Shown piece after piece: positions 62,742 through 64,000 of a stretch of 64,000 nucleotides of DNA (position 1 is its first letter; every line of letters starts with the position of its first letter). Below the pieces are notes generated by a model, which was given only the letters and a program-made list of their open reading frames with translations, searched no databases and was not told the origin of the DNA. The position numbers and the translations under genes are program-made. Location: assembly GCA_965153355.1 (NCBI GenBank), contig OZ231126.1, positions 31,124,001 to 31,188,000 on the forward strand, in the 5' to 3' direction. Source of the DNA: Flaccisagitta enflata. Its lineage: Eukaryota.

Positions 62742-64000
62742 TACAAGCGACTGTGTTCCCCTTACGGTACAATTTGAATGATAGGACTTGCATATCATTT
62801 TGCTGGCAGCGGTTTTGTTGCATAGGATCCATCTATTTTGCCAACTCATCTGCTGGCCCTTCATAAAAGCTGCAATCATGGTTTGGATATTTTCACGGTT
62901 CACGGTAATCATGGTTTGGATATTTTCACAGATTTAGATAAGGTCCTTGACCTTGACACAAAATGTCTGTAGTCTGATTTTTTTTTCTTTTGCATTCAAA
63001 ATTAATGTCTCAGAAAGATGTGTACAAAAACTTTGAGTGATATGCACAAACTTATGGGACAACAATTAACATATTTCTTTTACAGATGCTTCATGCTGTG
63101 TAAACGGCGATCAGTGTATCCATCTTCGATGCCCTCTACGCCTGCTCCTCTTGATTGACCCTAACTGGGTTTTCTGCTTTTGTTCAGCCCTGACCGATTT
63201 CATTCTAAAAACCTTTTGATAATGGCAACCCCTTAAAAGACCTAAATACAATGATGGTGATGATGATGATTATGATGATTATGAGGAAATTTCCCATATG
63301 GAAAAAAGAGGAAAAGTATATGCAAAACAAGTTGAAAGGGGAAGCAGAAATGATGAGGATAATGAGGCAAAGGATGAAGGAAAAGGACTGATGGAGAAGT
63401 GTCAGCGCCAATGACCTCACATTCAACTGTGAATAGTTCATTCAAGGACAGCACCGTAAACACAAAAGTGCAAAACTACTATGGTACTCATGGTCGCGAG
63501 GCTGACAACTCTCCAAGCCCTTTAAAAAATGAATTACTCATCAACTTTTCCAAAATCTTCAAAAAGCACATCCGAGAAGATCATTAATTCTCATCCCTGC
63601 ATCCAACGTCCGCATGAAATTAAAAGAGGCAGTCTTAAATCAGACCATAAATCCTATTCTCAAAGAGGAAGAACTGAAGAGGCGACTCAAGAAACGATCA
63701 GTAACTGTATTAAAGGATCTAGACATAATTGGCCAGAACTCTCCTGATGTACTGGTCCCAAGCACAATATCCCCTATGAACAAGAGTGTTGCTGAATAAA
63801 CTTCACAAACAAATTCTTCAATGAAAGAAGTATTTGATTTTGCGGGTATATTAGAAATTTTTTTTTTGGTATTTACAGGTATTTGTAGGTATTTTCAGAT
63901 ATTTTTGGGTATTTTTAGAATATATTGATGTATTTATATTTTAAAAACATTGTGGGACATTTTGGGACATTTTTTAGCATTGTGGCACATTTTGGAACAT

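Noticed and set aside
63399..63799. Missing 5' exons of SLC6 or an intact transposase
   Set aside because: No TM1-TM3 motifs (GLGNVWRFP) and multiple stops in all frames.

Overview
Eukaryotic (animal-like, invertebrate-style) genomic DNA with spliceosomal introns, dense microsatellites and many nested non-autonomous transposons; the organism cannot be named from sequence alone. Gene models were assembled by hand from splice sites and codon phase. Left to right: (1) 3' part of a Ty3/Gypsy retrotransposon (pol plus 3' LTR) inserted in a MITE; (2) a decayed multi-exon gene of unknown family lying where PFAS should continue; (3) the 5' exons of PFAS (minus strand); (4) a complete FIP1L1-like polyadenylation factor gene (plus, head-to-head with PFAS); (5) a small coiled-coil plus H-type-lectin-like gene; (6) a proline-rich, four-TM MS4A/CD20-like gene; (7) the 3' portion of an SLC6 amino-acid-type transporter (minus). 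No CRISPR array, rRNA or convincing intact tRNA was found, and I cannot demonstrate a wholly new biological system. The most notable signals are repeated local duplication of exon boundaries in three genes (FIP1 donor x4, lectin stop x6, relic SLC6 exon starts), strand-polarised microsatellites beside splice sites, a GC-AG intron, the same-strand nested pseudogene whose exon frame is restored by removing a transposon, and Russian-doll transposon nests including CAC...GTG (Chapaev/Transib-type) elements. Family assignments rest on recalled motifs, not database searches.
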